Source: Styela clava
Taxonomy: Eukaryota
Direction of reading: 5' to 3'
NCBI RefSeq assembly: GCF_964204865.1
Contig: NC_135257.1
Coordinates: 16,306,001-16,370,000 of the forward strand
Length of the DNA stretch: 64,000 bases
The notes under the pieces are model-generated. The model was not told where the DNA came from. It saw nothing but the letters and a program-made list of their open reading frames with translations, and ran no database searches. Position 1 is the first letter of the stretch, and every line of letters starts with the position of its first letter. The translations under genes were made by a program, and so were the position numbers. Positions 1-12,700 of the stretch are shown here, one piece after another.

Positions 1-375
1 TTGTTAATAAAATTGGTATTTCTTTGGCTATTTGAGCTGTGCCGAAGCGAAATTAAAAAGAATAATTAAAAGCTTGCAAATACATAAACGGAGGCGATTT
101 AAGAACGAAACAATATCAAACACAGTACTATAACTATCGGGAAAAACGACATTGGAAAAAATAAAGGACAATTATCATCTTAAAAAGGACAAGGACAAAA
201 ATCTCAGATAAAGGATTGTCCTTTGAAATAAAGGACGGTTGGCAATATTTGTGGGAATCAGACATGCACAAGCATTCCTGGATCAAACCCACCGCTTATT
301 TTGAACTTGGGATATAGAAGTCATAGTTCGGAATTCAAGTAACGTGGTGAAATTTAGCTATGTACGTATTCGTAT

Positions 376-1112
376 CAGGGCTGGATCAACCATTACGTAA
401 TATACACACGTGCCCTGGGCACCAAGAGGGCACCGAAGAAAATTTCTATGGAAAAATCTTCAATGGTGTCTCGGTGGGTTCCATTACATTTGAACCCACG
501 ACAATTGCACTTGTATACTATTACACCTATGGAAATATTTTTTTACGGTTATTTGAACCCGTACTAACCCTAACCCATGGATGTTAGCACCCTCATATAG
601 ATTGAACCCGCGAATATACGGGTGCAAATGTATGGGTTCAAATGTACGGTCACAGTCTCAGTGTTACTGTTAAATACGGTAATTGACCTTAGTCATTAAA
701 AACCCATCCTACGCGAATAAAATAAAAGTAGCGTACACAAAATAATTTTGACATTAGCTTTTATGGACCTTTCCCCCGAGCATCGACTTCCTTGTTTACT
801 TCGTGACATTGGCCAATCAGCAAGATGCAATAAGTGACGTAACAATGCTCACTTTTCGCATCCGCTCAGACACTTTTCTCACTCAGACAGATTTTTAAGC
901 GTGGTCGTAAACATTATCTCGTTTTCGCGTTTTTGAACCCTATTCGTTAGTTTTCAGTTGTGTTTCGGAAACTTAAATATAAATCAGATAATTCAATGAT
1001 CACTCTGTCTTCCTAGAAGTTTTAATTTAATTGCAGTAATAAAGGTCCATAGTAAATGTGGTCACCAAAGTCTCAGGTGCTTAGGGCCCTTGAAAGGCAT
1101 GATTTGGCTCTG
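376..1112. mobile_element. Degenerate hAT-type non-autonomous element with smaller repeats nested inside
   Basis: Ends CAGGGCTGGAT.../...ATTTGGCTCTG are imperfect inverted repeats. Flanks ATTCGTAT (368-375) and ATTAGTAT (1113-1120) match at 7/8. An internal inverted pair TACATTTGAACCCA/TGGGTTCAAATGTA lies at ~485-646. Confidence 0.5.
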
Positions 1113-2555
1113 ATTAGTATAAATATCATAAATCCTTCACATTTGTCAATTATTAACTTGTAGAAAGCGCCTATTTGTACCACATTATCGACCACTCTAT
1201 CAGCTATGGTCTATCTAATTTATGGTCTAAATATCGTACACCATTGTATTCATACCCATTATCATCTGGTTGATAGGTTTATTTACACGAAAATTAAGTG
1301 AGACCGGTGACACATACCACACTATAGAGTTTTTCTATAGAGCGGCTTCTCCGCATATTCTTGTCGAATACCCTGTAGTGTAGACTGTAGAGAGTTCTGT
1401 TTATAGTTATACGTTACTCCACCAGCACTGCATGATAGCGTCGTGTTGATATCTTCTATAATCTATATTGATATATTCATCACGCGACTCGAATCTTGGA
1501 TAACGTCATATTTGTAGATGCTGACTAATTTAACCAGTGTATATGATGCGTGATATGTTTTTGGTACGTAAAGAGAATTTCAAACACGCTTATCGCAGTA
1601 AGGATAATTTATTGTGCCAGCTATTTGCTCATGTACTCATAAAAAAACAAAGAGTACACATAAACCAGAGGCTGCATCAATACATTATACAAATCCAGTA
1701 ATTTTACCACAAATACAATGGCAATTGTCTTCTGTAGTATTGTAAATTTTAACTAAAACGGTAATTTTGACAAACCTGGAATGTTGAAGTTTGTGGTACG
1801 GAATGGAATCAAATAATTTTCATATGGAACACATGCTAATAGGATTTTTATCATCTTGTCGCCAGCAAATACCAACGTTTTCAGTTAATAACACTTGTTT
1901 TTTAAAGCTGAAAGGCACTGATGACGGTACTGTTCACGAGTTTTCATAAAATTCACATGACAAACGCAAGTGCATTTTATTCTATTTCAGGTGACAATTG
2001 TTGAGGCTTGATTATGAGAAGTGTGTTCAGGGACAGACAAGATAAACAGTTTGAAGTTTTATTGGATGTGTTACTAAAGTGGATTTCAAAGGGCGGAATT
2101 TGGTTTTTTAAAGGACTTGACTGCCTTAGCAATGGCATGTTGTCAGAGGAACTTTGTGGTGCTCATGGAGGAAGTCGCGTTAGCATTCCGAAAAGATAAC
2201 CTATAAATCTAGCGCGTGCGCTTGATGCCGAAATTTCATTTCCCCACGGCTTCATAAAAAAAAATTTCCATCTTATTACATCAATGATAAAATTCAAATT
2301 ATGAGAATTAAAGTTAATATTGTGATATCCAATGCCTATTGACCAAGAAGCAAGAAACATTCTCATTGACATTGTGCATTAAATATGAACTGATAATCAA
2401 TTGTTTGACAGTAACTTCTTTTATGATCTATAACTTAAAGACAAGTTTACTGAAGTTAGGATTTTAAGTTGAAAGATTCGGAGATCTTGCGCACGTTTTT
2501 TTTTTGTATAAAAATGCCCTTTTTATAGATAGATTCAGTTAAAATTGATAAAAAT

Positions 2556-4355
2556 ATGGAATATGAAAACCAGGCCGCAGAAGAACAAGTGAAAACAGAA
2601 CAACCGACTCAATATGGTAATCCTGTGCAGCAAATTCCTGGTGCTACGGTACAAGGTCTATGGATGGAAAGACCTCGAGTATTAGAAGGAGTTCCACCAG
2701 GGCTGGAGTATCTGGCTCAGCTAGATCAAATATTAATTCATCAGCAAGTAGAGATGTTTGAAGCAGTTACCGGTATTGAAACCAGGAACAAATTTGCAAT
2801 TAAAAACAGTCTCGGTCAGCAGTGTTATTTTGCTTACGAAGAATCTGATTTATGCATGAGAATATGTTGTGGAAGCATGAGAGGATTCCAAATGCACATC
2901 GTCGACAATATGGGAAAGGAAGTTATTCATGCTTATCGCCAATTTAGGTGAGAAACCAATTTTGGCTGAATTTTCGTAGCCAACAGGAATTAAATAGACC
3001 TTTCGTTTGTAAAAAAAATAGTAAGAATTAGATGGGGAAACATATCGATAATTAGCTCAGCAACAACAGTCAAGTATCAGAACGATCCGTATATACATTT
3101 CGTTACAGCGAGATGGCTATGCCCAAGTAGGTGTACGGTACGCCGAGGTGTCCGATTGTCTCCCCTAGCATCGATTTCCTCGTTAATTCCCTAACAATTA
3201 CAAATCAGCAATGAGTTAATTAACAATGACGTAACAATAAGAATTTATACCGCCGCTCAGACACCCCTTTCGCTCAGACAGAAAACCAAGCGTGGTTGTA
3301 TACATTGCCTCTTTTTGGTAGTTTCGCGCGTTATTCTTCAGTTTTTAGTTATATTTCTATTCGTTCTATTTTCAAAAAATAGTTGCAAATCCAATAACTT
3401 GATTGCCATTGGGTCTTCCGAAGACCTTTAGTTACTATGATCAAAATGTGATACCAACACTGCGATAGACTAACTTAAAATTAGCTATCAGTACCAATAA
3501 ACGGCACGTGGTTTAGTGTTTCGAATAAAAATGATAGTTTTGAACATGTTTGAGCCAATTCGTAAGAACCAACTTTCCAAAACACCCTCAAAATCAGCAT
3601 TGAAAATTTTGCAATGATAAAGTATTTGGAGAATCTTTCAAGGGTCGGGGGAACATTCATAACCACCTTGGTTACAAAGTATTGTCGTCACAATTATGAC
3701 ATAAGCGTCTTGTATTACGTGATTCTCATTACCAATCATGCGAAAAGTCCGTGGAGTGACGTCATTTATTAAAATTAACAAAATTTCGGTAAAACAATGT
3801 GCCCAGAGAGTAAACTAAAATTTGTCAGTGATTGGTCCTCTAATTGAAAAGAGCGATTCTTCATCTAAACAACAGTAAATTTTTTTCACACAACGATCAA
3901 CAAATCCACTTCGTTTCCAATAAATTATCTGTAAATTTAGATGCTGCATTGGTTGTTGTTGGTGCATTAAAGATGAAACTTGCGCATTCATCGTTCCTGT
4001 AGAATCACCAACAGGAGTTCCGATTGGAAGAATCATTCAACTGTGGTCTTCATGGAAACCAAGATTTGCAATCCAGAACGAACGAAACGAAACTGTGCTG
4101 GTCATTCAGGGTCCCTGCTGCGTCTGTTCTGGACCTTGTTGCCCACAAGATGTTCCATTTGAAGTGATGACAGCTGATGAATCTCAGTCTATTGGGCAAC
4201 TAGCAAGACAATATTCTGGCATTGCAAAGGAGCTGTTTACCGATGCCACAAATTTCGGCATCAGCTTTCCAATGGACCTCGATATCAAAACAAAAGCACT
4301 TCTTCTTTCTGCTACATTTTTAATTGACATGATGTTTTTCGAGAGAAATAATTAA
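2556..4355 (+). CDS. Phospholipid scramblase family protein, paralog A (268 aa); exons 2556-2947, 3941-4355
   Basis: Motifs PPGLEYLAQLDQILIHQQVE, NKFAIKNSLGQQCYFAYEES, Cys-rich CCIGCCWC, DATNFGISFPMDLD and C-terminal KALLLSATFLIDMMFFE. A phase-2 GT-AG intron joins the two ORF-track pieces in frame. Confidence 0.95.
3155..3660. mobile_element. MITE family with CCCCGA-containing termini; related copies at ~763-1000 (partial) and ~46914-47295
   Basis: Shared internal sequence (AGCATCGATTTCC...CCGCTCA...AACATTGCCTC...GGAGAAT) between copies. The 46.9-kb copy has inverted ends ATGGATATTTCCCCGA / TCGGGGAACATCTAT. Confidence 0.6.
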
Positions 4356-6629
4356 CTTATGAGCCCGAGTTCAACTTAAATTTTATTATTCAAGAATGTA
4401 ATGTCAAATATACAATATACTGTATATATTTCAATCTTAAAAACTGTTGATATTCCTCGTTATTCAATATTTTAATTGCAAAATTTAACAGGGCGTCGCC
4501 CTGGTTCTCATGGTATATTTTCAATCGGAACAAAGGTCAATTGAATAACATGATGGTCACAGGGTAAAACAGTGATTGTCGGGGTTCCGCCACTACGGTC
4601 CTGCGCTTCCGCAACATATAATATGTATATATATTGTTTGCATATAATCAAATACATATTAGACACGACAACACTTTCATCAACACCACGATCATTTTGC
4701 TTTACCAGTGGTAGTTTTTTTTTTCATACTTATTTATGGTATATATAATTCAAACAATAAAAGGTCAACTACTGCGCAGTGGTTCCTCCAGCCTTTGGAA
4801 TGTTTCGTTAGAATTCCGCTCCAACACAAAGTTAAGAACCAATGGGTTAAATGTTAAAGTAATGCCGTTTGGGGACCACGCACGTATAAAATATGTAATA
4901 GGAAACGCCGAAGCTTGGAGAAGCATCGTGTGCAACTTAGTACGCTTCTTGTCTCAAAATTTTTAGGTTTACACAATGCACCCAAACTTGCAGATCAACA
5001 AAATAAACCCGAGAGTTGTATTAATTTTATCAATTATTTACAAAATATATCATGGCACCACATAATGACAATATGCTTGTTAAAGTCTGATTGTCACTTT
5101 TCTAATTATCATCTTGTAGAAGGCGTTGTTATGCTATTGTATCATAGGGATTTTAGCTTAGCTTCGGAAGGACGAATTCGATAAACTGAAATATCACGTC
5201 ATTAATTGCTGTACAAAATTCTTTATATATATTCAAAATACAGACGCGAATCAAACAAGGTTCATTAAAAACAAAAAGAACTTTTCACCACGAACAATTT
5301 GTGGAGTAAAGATTAGCATTGTGGTTTAAATCTTTCTCAGTCACATCGATTCAGGACCAAACCAACATACGAAAAAGTTATAAGACATTATTTCCCGTGA
5401 ATGTAGATGTAGAAAAAATCTGGCGACTGAAACGTATTTCTCTGAAACGTATATGAAATAAAGGTTTTCCACAAATAAATAGTAATGTGATGTCAATTTA
5501 GCACCAAATAAGAGAAGATAAAATATTCGACCCATACCGTATATTAGCTTGTGACAATTTTAACAAAACAGAAATTATTCGAATAGCGATCGTTAAGCCC
5601 AGACGAGCAACGAGATATATATACGTTGTTGTTTCAGGCCATCCGCAAACATTGATGATATCGTCCGATTCTAATAAAAAACCTTTAATTGTCGTATAGA
5701 AATTTGTTAGCTTCAGCCAAACAAGCCTGTTACTTTTCCTAATATTTACTCTTTTCACTCCACAAAGAATGGTTCATATATGATGACTTATCGAATTTTA
5801 CCTAACGTTACCATAGACTCCATGCAGCCACATCATCACGTGAGTAGAGAATCGCCAACTTTATGATTTTAGAAAGAGATATATAGAGGGACAGTACTAG
5901 ATATTTGAAACAAGTGTAGATATTTATATTCTTGTGGAAAGAATCGGCAAAGGTTTCAAATTAATTTTTGCTTCGATGGTTCCCTTTATAGCTGGTGCAA
6001 AATCGACTGTGTACACTGTCAAGAATACAGAAATATATGCAGCTTACATTGTTAATATTTAAGCAACGCCCTGTTATCAAGAAAATTGGCAGGCCCGCGG
6101 TTGATTAGAATACAAAAGAATCAGCAATTACCATAATTTTTAATATATTTGTCATTGGAAACATGACCTTAAACTTTCAGTAGTTTGAAATTATATTTGC
6201 CACCTTGGTTACAAATGTACAGCAAATTTTTCATTTGTGTTGGGACGCTTGGAGTATATTAGATAGCAGAAAAAAAACATGTTTTATTGATGATGATCAA
6301 ATAGAAAATAGTTATAACATCTTCTCGAAAATGTAGAGCAAAACGATATAGACAATGAAATTTTTTAGCTATCTATTAAAGTTCCCACATATTTTGTAGG
6401 CTATAACTTAAGGTAGGCTAGGTGTTTTATTTAAAAAAAAAATTTGGAATAGCTCTCATTATTACAGTTTACAGGTATTCGATCCAAAAAAAACTCGATT
6501 TTAGGTCAGGTAAATTCGATACAGTAATTTTAATATTGTAATGAATTACTGTTGAATAATTTTAGTTTCTTCTGGGAATATTTGCATAATTTTTAGTCTT
6601 TTTCCAATTAGCATCTGAAAATTCATAAA

Positions 6630-7867
6630 ATGGAATATAAATACCAAACACAAGGCGATGCGATGATGGGCCCACAGCCTACACAGTATGGATCCGGCTC
6701 CCAACCAGCAGTTATTCCTCCAGGTGCCTCTCAATGGATGGTAAGGCCGGCGGCACTCGAAGGAGTACCACCCGGACTGGAATATTTGACACAATTGGAT
6801 CAGATCTTGATACATCAACAAGTCGAGCTATTTGAAGCGTTTACTGGTATTGAAACTAAAAATCGATACGCAATCAAAAACAGTCTTGGTCAGCAATGTT
6901 ATTTTGCTTACGAAGAATCTGATTTATGCATGAGATTATGTTGTGGGAACATGAGGGGATTCCAAATGCATATTGTTGATAATACTGGCAAAGAAGTTAT
7001 TCGCGCTTATCGTGATTTCAGGTAAGCTTTCCAAAAATGCATATCCAAAAATGTGTGCTATTAATGCTGCTGTTATTATCATACTTGTATTTGAAGTTTC
7101 ACCCTGAACTGAAAAAAAAAGTTTTTATCATAATAATAGCATTACTCTTACAAGTGAACTAAATGTACAAACCTGTTTTTTTCCATACATAGTATTTTTT
7201 TACTCATGCGAAAAGTGCAAATAGTTCCAACAACGGAACGAGATAAAATTGAGAATTATTCACCGCTTAAATGTTAACTCCAATCTGCCACGAAATTTTA
7301 GTATAGGTTGAATCTTATTTTTTCAATAACTTATAAATTGACAACCAGATGAAATAAAATATTTACCAAATAAACTTCTTTCATTTGTATTATATACATG
7401 TGTTCATGGCGTTGCTTAAAAAATATGTTATCAATTTCAGATGTTGCGTTGGTTGTTGTTGGTGCATCAGTGGCGAAACATGTGCGTTTATAGTTCCTGT
7501 GGAATCTCCAACAGGGGTTCCAATTGGGAGAATAATTCAGCTCTGTTCTGCCTGGAAACCGAAATATGCAATTCAAAACGAGAGAAACGAAACGATCCTC
7601 ATTATTCAAGGTCCGTGCTGTGTCTGGTCAGGACCCTGTTGTCCTCAAGATGTTCCGTTCGAAATCAAGACCGCGGACGAATCTCAGACTATTGGTCGAT
7701 TGGCTAGGCAGTATGCAGGATTAGCAAAAGAGTGGTTCACTGACGCCACAAACTTTGGTATCAATTTCCCGATGAATTTGGATGTCAAAGCAAAAGCTCT
7801 TCTATTATCAGCTACTTTTCTGATTGACATGATGTTCTTCGAAAAAAAGAATAATGACAATAATTGA
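6630..7867 (+). CDS. Phospholipid scramblase family protein, paralog B (272 aa); exons 6630-7021, 7441-7867
   Basis: Same motifs and identical phase-2 intron position as paralog A; tandem duplicate. Confidence 0.95.
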
Positions 7868-8218
7868 ATTATCGTCTGCGGGTTTTTACCCTTGATTATT
7901 ATTCTCACGAATGATCACATAAAATAATGTATGAATATACTTGCTGTATATAGATGATTCAACGTATCAAACACGGAAAAATGTCTCATCGGAAATTAGA
8001 ATGTTTTGAGTCAGACGAACCGCACAGGGCTTTGAGTTTGAAAATAAATAAAATCACATTAAAATCGAGCAAAATATTTTCTCATATTATCTATCACTTG
8101 TGATTCATTGATTCAAAGACAGGCATACTGACAAACCTAATGTCGTTGTCGTTGACGACATGTTGAAGTTTGTTGATTTATTGGGTATTAAGTTCTAAAT
8201 TTTTGTATATTTTTTAAG

Positions 8219-9679
8219 ATCGTAAGACCTTTTCTGATAAAGAAATCATTCAATTTGATGCGAAGATGGTATTATCTCAACACACTATTGATGGAGTTAG
8301 AACTGTTTACCGAACCAGGCGTGGTTATTTAATGGACAATGATTTTATTATCAGAAATGTTTATTGGAGACATTACGGACTCTTTATTACTTTATGATTT
8401 GGCCAATTAAATGTTCAAGAGAAATTACATCAGAAAGTTTTTCTTTGAATGAATTGTTAAAATTTTAAAACTGAAATTCGTTACTAACGTTTCAACACTT
8501 ACTTGTAAAATATTGTCGACGATTAATTACTTTAATTCGTAATAAACTGTGTAAAATAAGGCATTGCTGTAATTGATTACCATTGATTTACTTAGGAAGG
8601 GCATTTGAATTTTATCGTTGATAATTCTCCAGTTACACAGTTCGACCTCTGAGCGGTTAAACATGGATTTGGGTTTTGTGTTGTTCAATAACAAGAAAAG
8701 GTTTGGATAGCGTGATAAATCATTTTGTATATTTAAAAATTCGGTCCTTCATCTATAGTACTATAATTCTTTGTTGCACTAGGGATATTTGTTATTTACC
8801 TGAATCACAGGACATTCGATTTTATAAATTCTCGGTGACATTTTTTTGAATATAGAATTTCAAGTAAATGTTAAGTAAAATATTGTATCAGTTTTCGAAC
8901 ATATTTTCAAGTTGAACTGTACTTCTCAAACGGACACAACGAATCTAATCTTACCACCTGATTCACAGGAAATGTTATTAAAACTTAACGTGACAGTTCT
9001 TTACACAGTGACGAAATTCTTGATGCCAAGCGAAAGTCTAGACAAAAAATACATAATCAGGATGACATTGACCTCTAGCAGATTATTTAGGTGTTCTACA
9101 TAATAATAATAATGAAAAACGAAATAGTAATAGAATAGTAAATGTTTTACGGAAAATATAGTCACCAAAATATAGTGATTAGTTACCACTACACATAGAT
9201 TGTTTGTTGATTGGTCTGATTTGTGGATTATGACCCCAGCATTGACTGACAATGATTTTGTCTTGCGTTCGTTAACTCGAACTGTCTTCACAACAGTCGC
9301 GCAAACACAAAACCACATAAACGAAGATGAATAAATTTCTCACCTTGGTTTTACATTGTCCATCACGCCGCAGAATTGATTACTTCATCACGGTTCCGTG
9401 ACACATTTTCACTGTGCTGGGTTAATCAGTTCAATGCATGTTGCATAGTTCAATGTATATTGCGCCAATGTTCGTCGCGACGCGCAAAAATAGGACACAC
9501 AACATACGGGCTCAACACACGGATTTTCAATCAACCAAACAGTTCACAAAACTTGCACAAACATCAATAACTCACCCAAATTTTGTTTACATTTCACTTG
9601 CATTATGGTCAATAGTCTGAATCCGGAATGCAAGCAAATGTAAAACAAACCCTGTGGCTATTGCTTAACAGTGCAATTC
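8219..9679. pseudogene. Exon-like remnants in both orientations, possibly decayed and rearranged integrin alpha leg (thigh/genu/calf) exons
   Basis: On + there is a phase-consistent AG/GT chain 8633-8700, 8759-8834, 8912-9103. On - there are pieces 9679-9576 (in-frame stop) and one ending at ~9344 with TGCGGCGTGATGGACAATGT, a frameshifted CG.DGQC resembling the genu motif. Homology is by eye only. Confidence 0.3.
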
Positions 9680-9727
9680 CTACAATTATTTAAAAGGGAA
9701 ATGAATAAACAATTTAAAATATTTCAC

Positions 9728-12700
9728 CGAAGTTCGACCACTTGATGAGAAACCATCTTCTGCCATTTCCATTTCATATGTAACCGATGCTTTTTCATTT
9801 GTACCTGGAACAATAAATGAACATAAAATTAAGATAAATTATAATAATAGATATATTAAAAAGATATTCCTAGCTCACGACAATATAACTTTCCAAATAG
9901 GGCAGTATATTCACATTAAATTGGGTGAAAATTGCCTGCAATCTGGATTTAAATATATCCGCGCAGAACGACTTCTTTTAGTCACAAACGGGGGCCTTGC
10001 TTCAGCAAAGGCAAAATTAAGTTTGAATCAAAGTTAAACGTAATTATTCATTCTTTAAGTCAGTTTAACTTGACCAAGTATCATATTATCCTACAAAACA
10101 TCTTTGCAGGTTAAGCTGATATTTTGTTTGTTTTGTCCGTTTATTTACTTTATTGATGTGGTTTACGAACGCATTTTATTTACCCGTCATGAGGCGTTTG
10201 TGCGTTTGTGTAATCTGTATAATATGAATCATGAATGAGATCTTTATTTAACAATTTATTTTTCAATTGGAGTTAATGATTAGACAGACAATAAAAGCAG
10301 ATTGCGGATTCTGGGGATGTTGGTGCCATGTACGGTAACGGTGTAATAATTTTTTTTTGATATTTCTTTATAGTTATTCACCTTCACATTTTCGGTAAAA
10401 TTTTTGTCACAGCCTGATTCCATCACTAATAATGAATCTTATCATCTTTGTGTTTACCTACCTTCAAGAACGTTTTTCAAAATTTCCGTTTGCAATTCTG
10501 AAACGATTCGGTCCAATCCATTAAAATTATCAGCCCAGTAAACATAATCAGAACTTGAGGTGTTCCCCGTTGCTATTATCTGAAATATTTGAGTAATGCA
10601 ATGTTATATCTGATATGCAGTAATGTTTGGAATTTACTAAATATCTGTAAATGGGTGCAACTATAGTTTAAAACTGGTCAAATTGACTGAATGAATAGCA
10701 AAGTCAATCGTCCTGCTATACTTCGGTCTTCAAGAATTGTTAAAGAAATCCATTTGTATTGATGTGTATCAAGACGTTAGAAATACTAAGATTTATCATT
10801 CATATTCTTAATATAGCATAGTTGTATTACATTGTTACTGATACAGTCCAATTATTCCAGCAACGAGCCGATTGGTTATATGTTCATTTTACTAAATAGC
10901 ATAAGACACCTCCCTAAATTTGCATAGTTTTATAGCCTGGCTTGGCTATAAGATTGTCATTACCTTTGGAAACGTTCCATTTGTAATTACAAGGCTATTT
11001 AAAATCTCGCGCAATTTATTTCATTGCCGAAATTCACTTTGAATTTCTAGTTTTTATTAATTTGTGGAGCAGGGAAGCAGTCACATGAAGTGTCGTGGTA
11101 TAACTGAGTATAGACTGCGTATGCCTAGAACTCGGCCAATAAAAAGTTCCATGAATTATATGAATGAATTATAAAAAAGATTTGAAAGTGAACTAAATCG
11201 TAAATATAAGTTCCTGTATCTTACAAACACTGTGGTTGCTAAGATGTTTGGTGATGAAAATTGAATATTACGGAATAAAACTAACCAAAATCTTCCATAG
11301 TCGATGTTGAAGCAGGAAATAGATACATATGAAGTTTCATAAATTTATTAATCTTAGTTATGTTCTGATTTGTGTTCCATATTAATATTATAAAAGGAAC
11401 TCCGTGACAATGGATGGATCAGGCATACATAGGCATATGGGTATTGAACGGAAAGTATGTCCTATGTACAAGCCTCGTTCGGGCAGATTGCTATAACTTA
11501 TCTCACAGATTATACTGCTTGCGTGAGTGCTCACATTTTCGTACAATATACTCACCCGAAGTTCATCAATAATTGCTTTTCCGACTCCTACAGCATACGT
11601 TACTATTCCCAGAGATCGAACGTAGTCGGCTGTGGCAGGTAGTTTATCGAAATCATGCGATCTGAAACACAGAATAAGATGTTTATGAACAGTGTGAGAG
11701 ATCGGAACAATTCACTATTTCCCGAATGCAGTACCAACTAAGAAAAGGAGCTGGGAACGTTTATCAAAAACTTTCTATTGACGGAACAAATTTTATATTA
11801 CAAAGTTTAGTTCTGGGAAAAAAGTTTTCTCCTTGATGTTGCAAGCCTATTCGTCAAATTCGTGTATAATCTAGTTACACGTACTACTTCATTAATTGTT
11901 TACCACATTACTTGCTACCACATGACGTCATACTCAGAAAATTTCGACACTCTTTTCTGAGGTAAGTTACAGACGGCCAAGAACTACTGAAACAAACGAA
12001 TTTTGGGTTGTACGTGCCAGCGAATTTAGAATCAATCGAGACCTGCGGAAGTTCAAGTCTATTCAAGTCTCTAAAACGTTTCATCAAGAAGACTTACGCT
12101 CCATCAGTAAGCAATATGACAACTTTTTTCGTGTTTATGTCCTCAAATCGATCGCTTTCCTGGAAATGTTCCGCTGTTACGTTCAATGCATGAGCAGTAT
12201 ATGTAGTGAAGGATTGGAGCTTGATTCCTCTTACAGCTCTCTGTAATTTGATAATGAACATAGTAAAGTAAAGTTTAGAACGACAATGTATGTTGCAATC
12301 TAGAAACGATATTGATTGTAGCAAGATGCAACTGCTCACTTTATACATAATATTAACAGAATATTTGCATGATTCATTGTAGTAATAATGGTAATATTAT
12401 TAACATTAAACGAAATATATTTCAAATTGGGTGTCTCCAAAATGTCGTGTCCCACTTGTACCACGTGTCTCACCTGACCCACCTGTGCCACGTGTCCCGC
12501 TTGTACCACGTGTCTCACTTGTCCCACGTTTCCCACTTGTGCCACGTGTCCCACTTGTACCACGTGTCTCACTTGTACCACGTGATTAGATTAAATAATT
12601 TATCATCACAATCCGCGTCGCGTTTACAACTTTGTATTATGTTTCAGTAATTCGATTTCATTTCAGTGATGGTATGGTTTCCAACGCTAACCAACCATAA

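Noticed and set aside
5341-5535. LLLFGA as the missing integrin blade-3 exon
   Set aside because: The following residues do not fit an FG-GAP repeat, and no compatible exon chain follows.
12336-12650. Repetitive ORFs (QVGHVVQV / HVSHLY) on both strands
   Set aside because: These are translations of a 9-bp minisatellite inside an intron, with no splice or start context.
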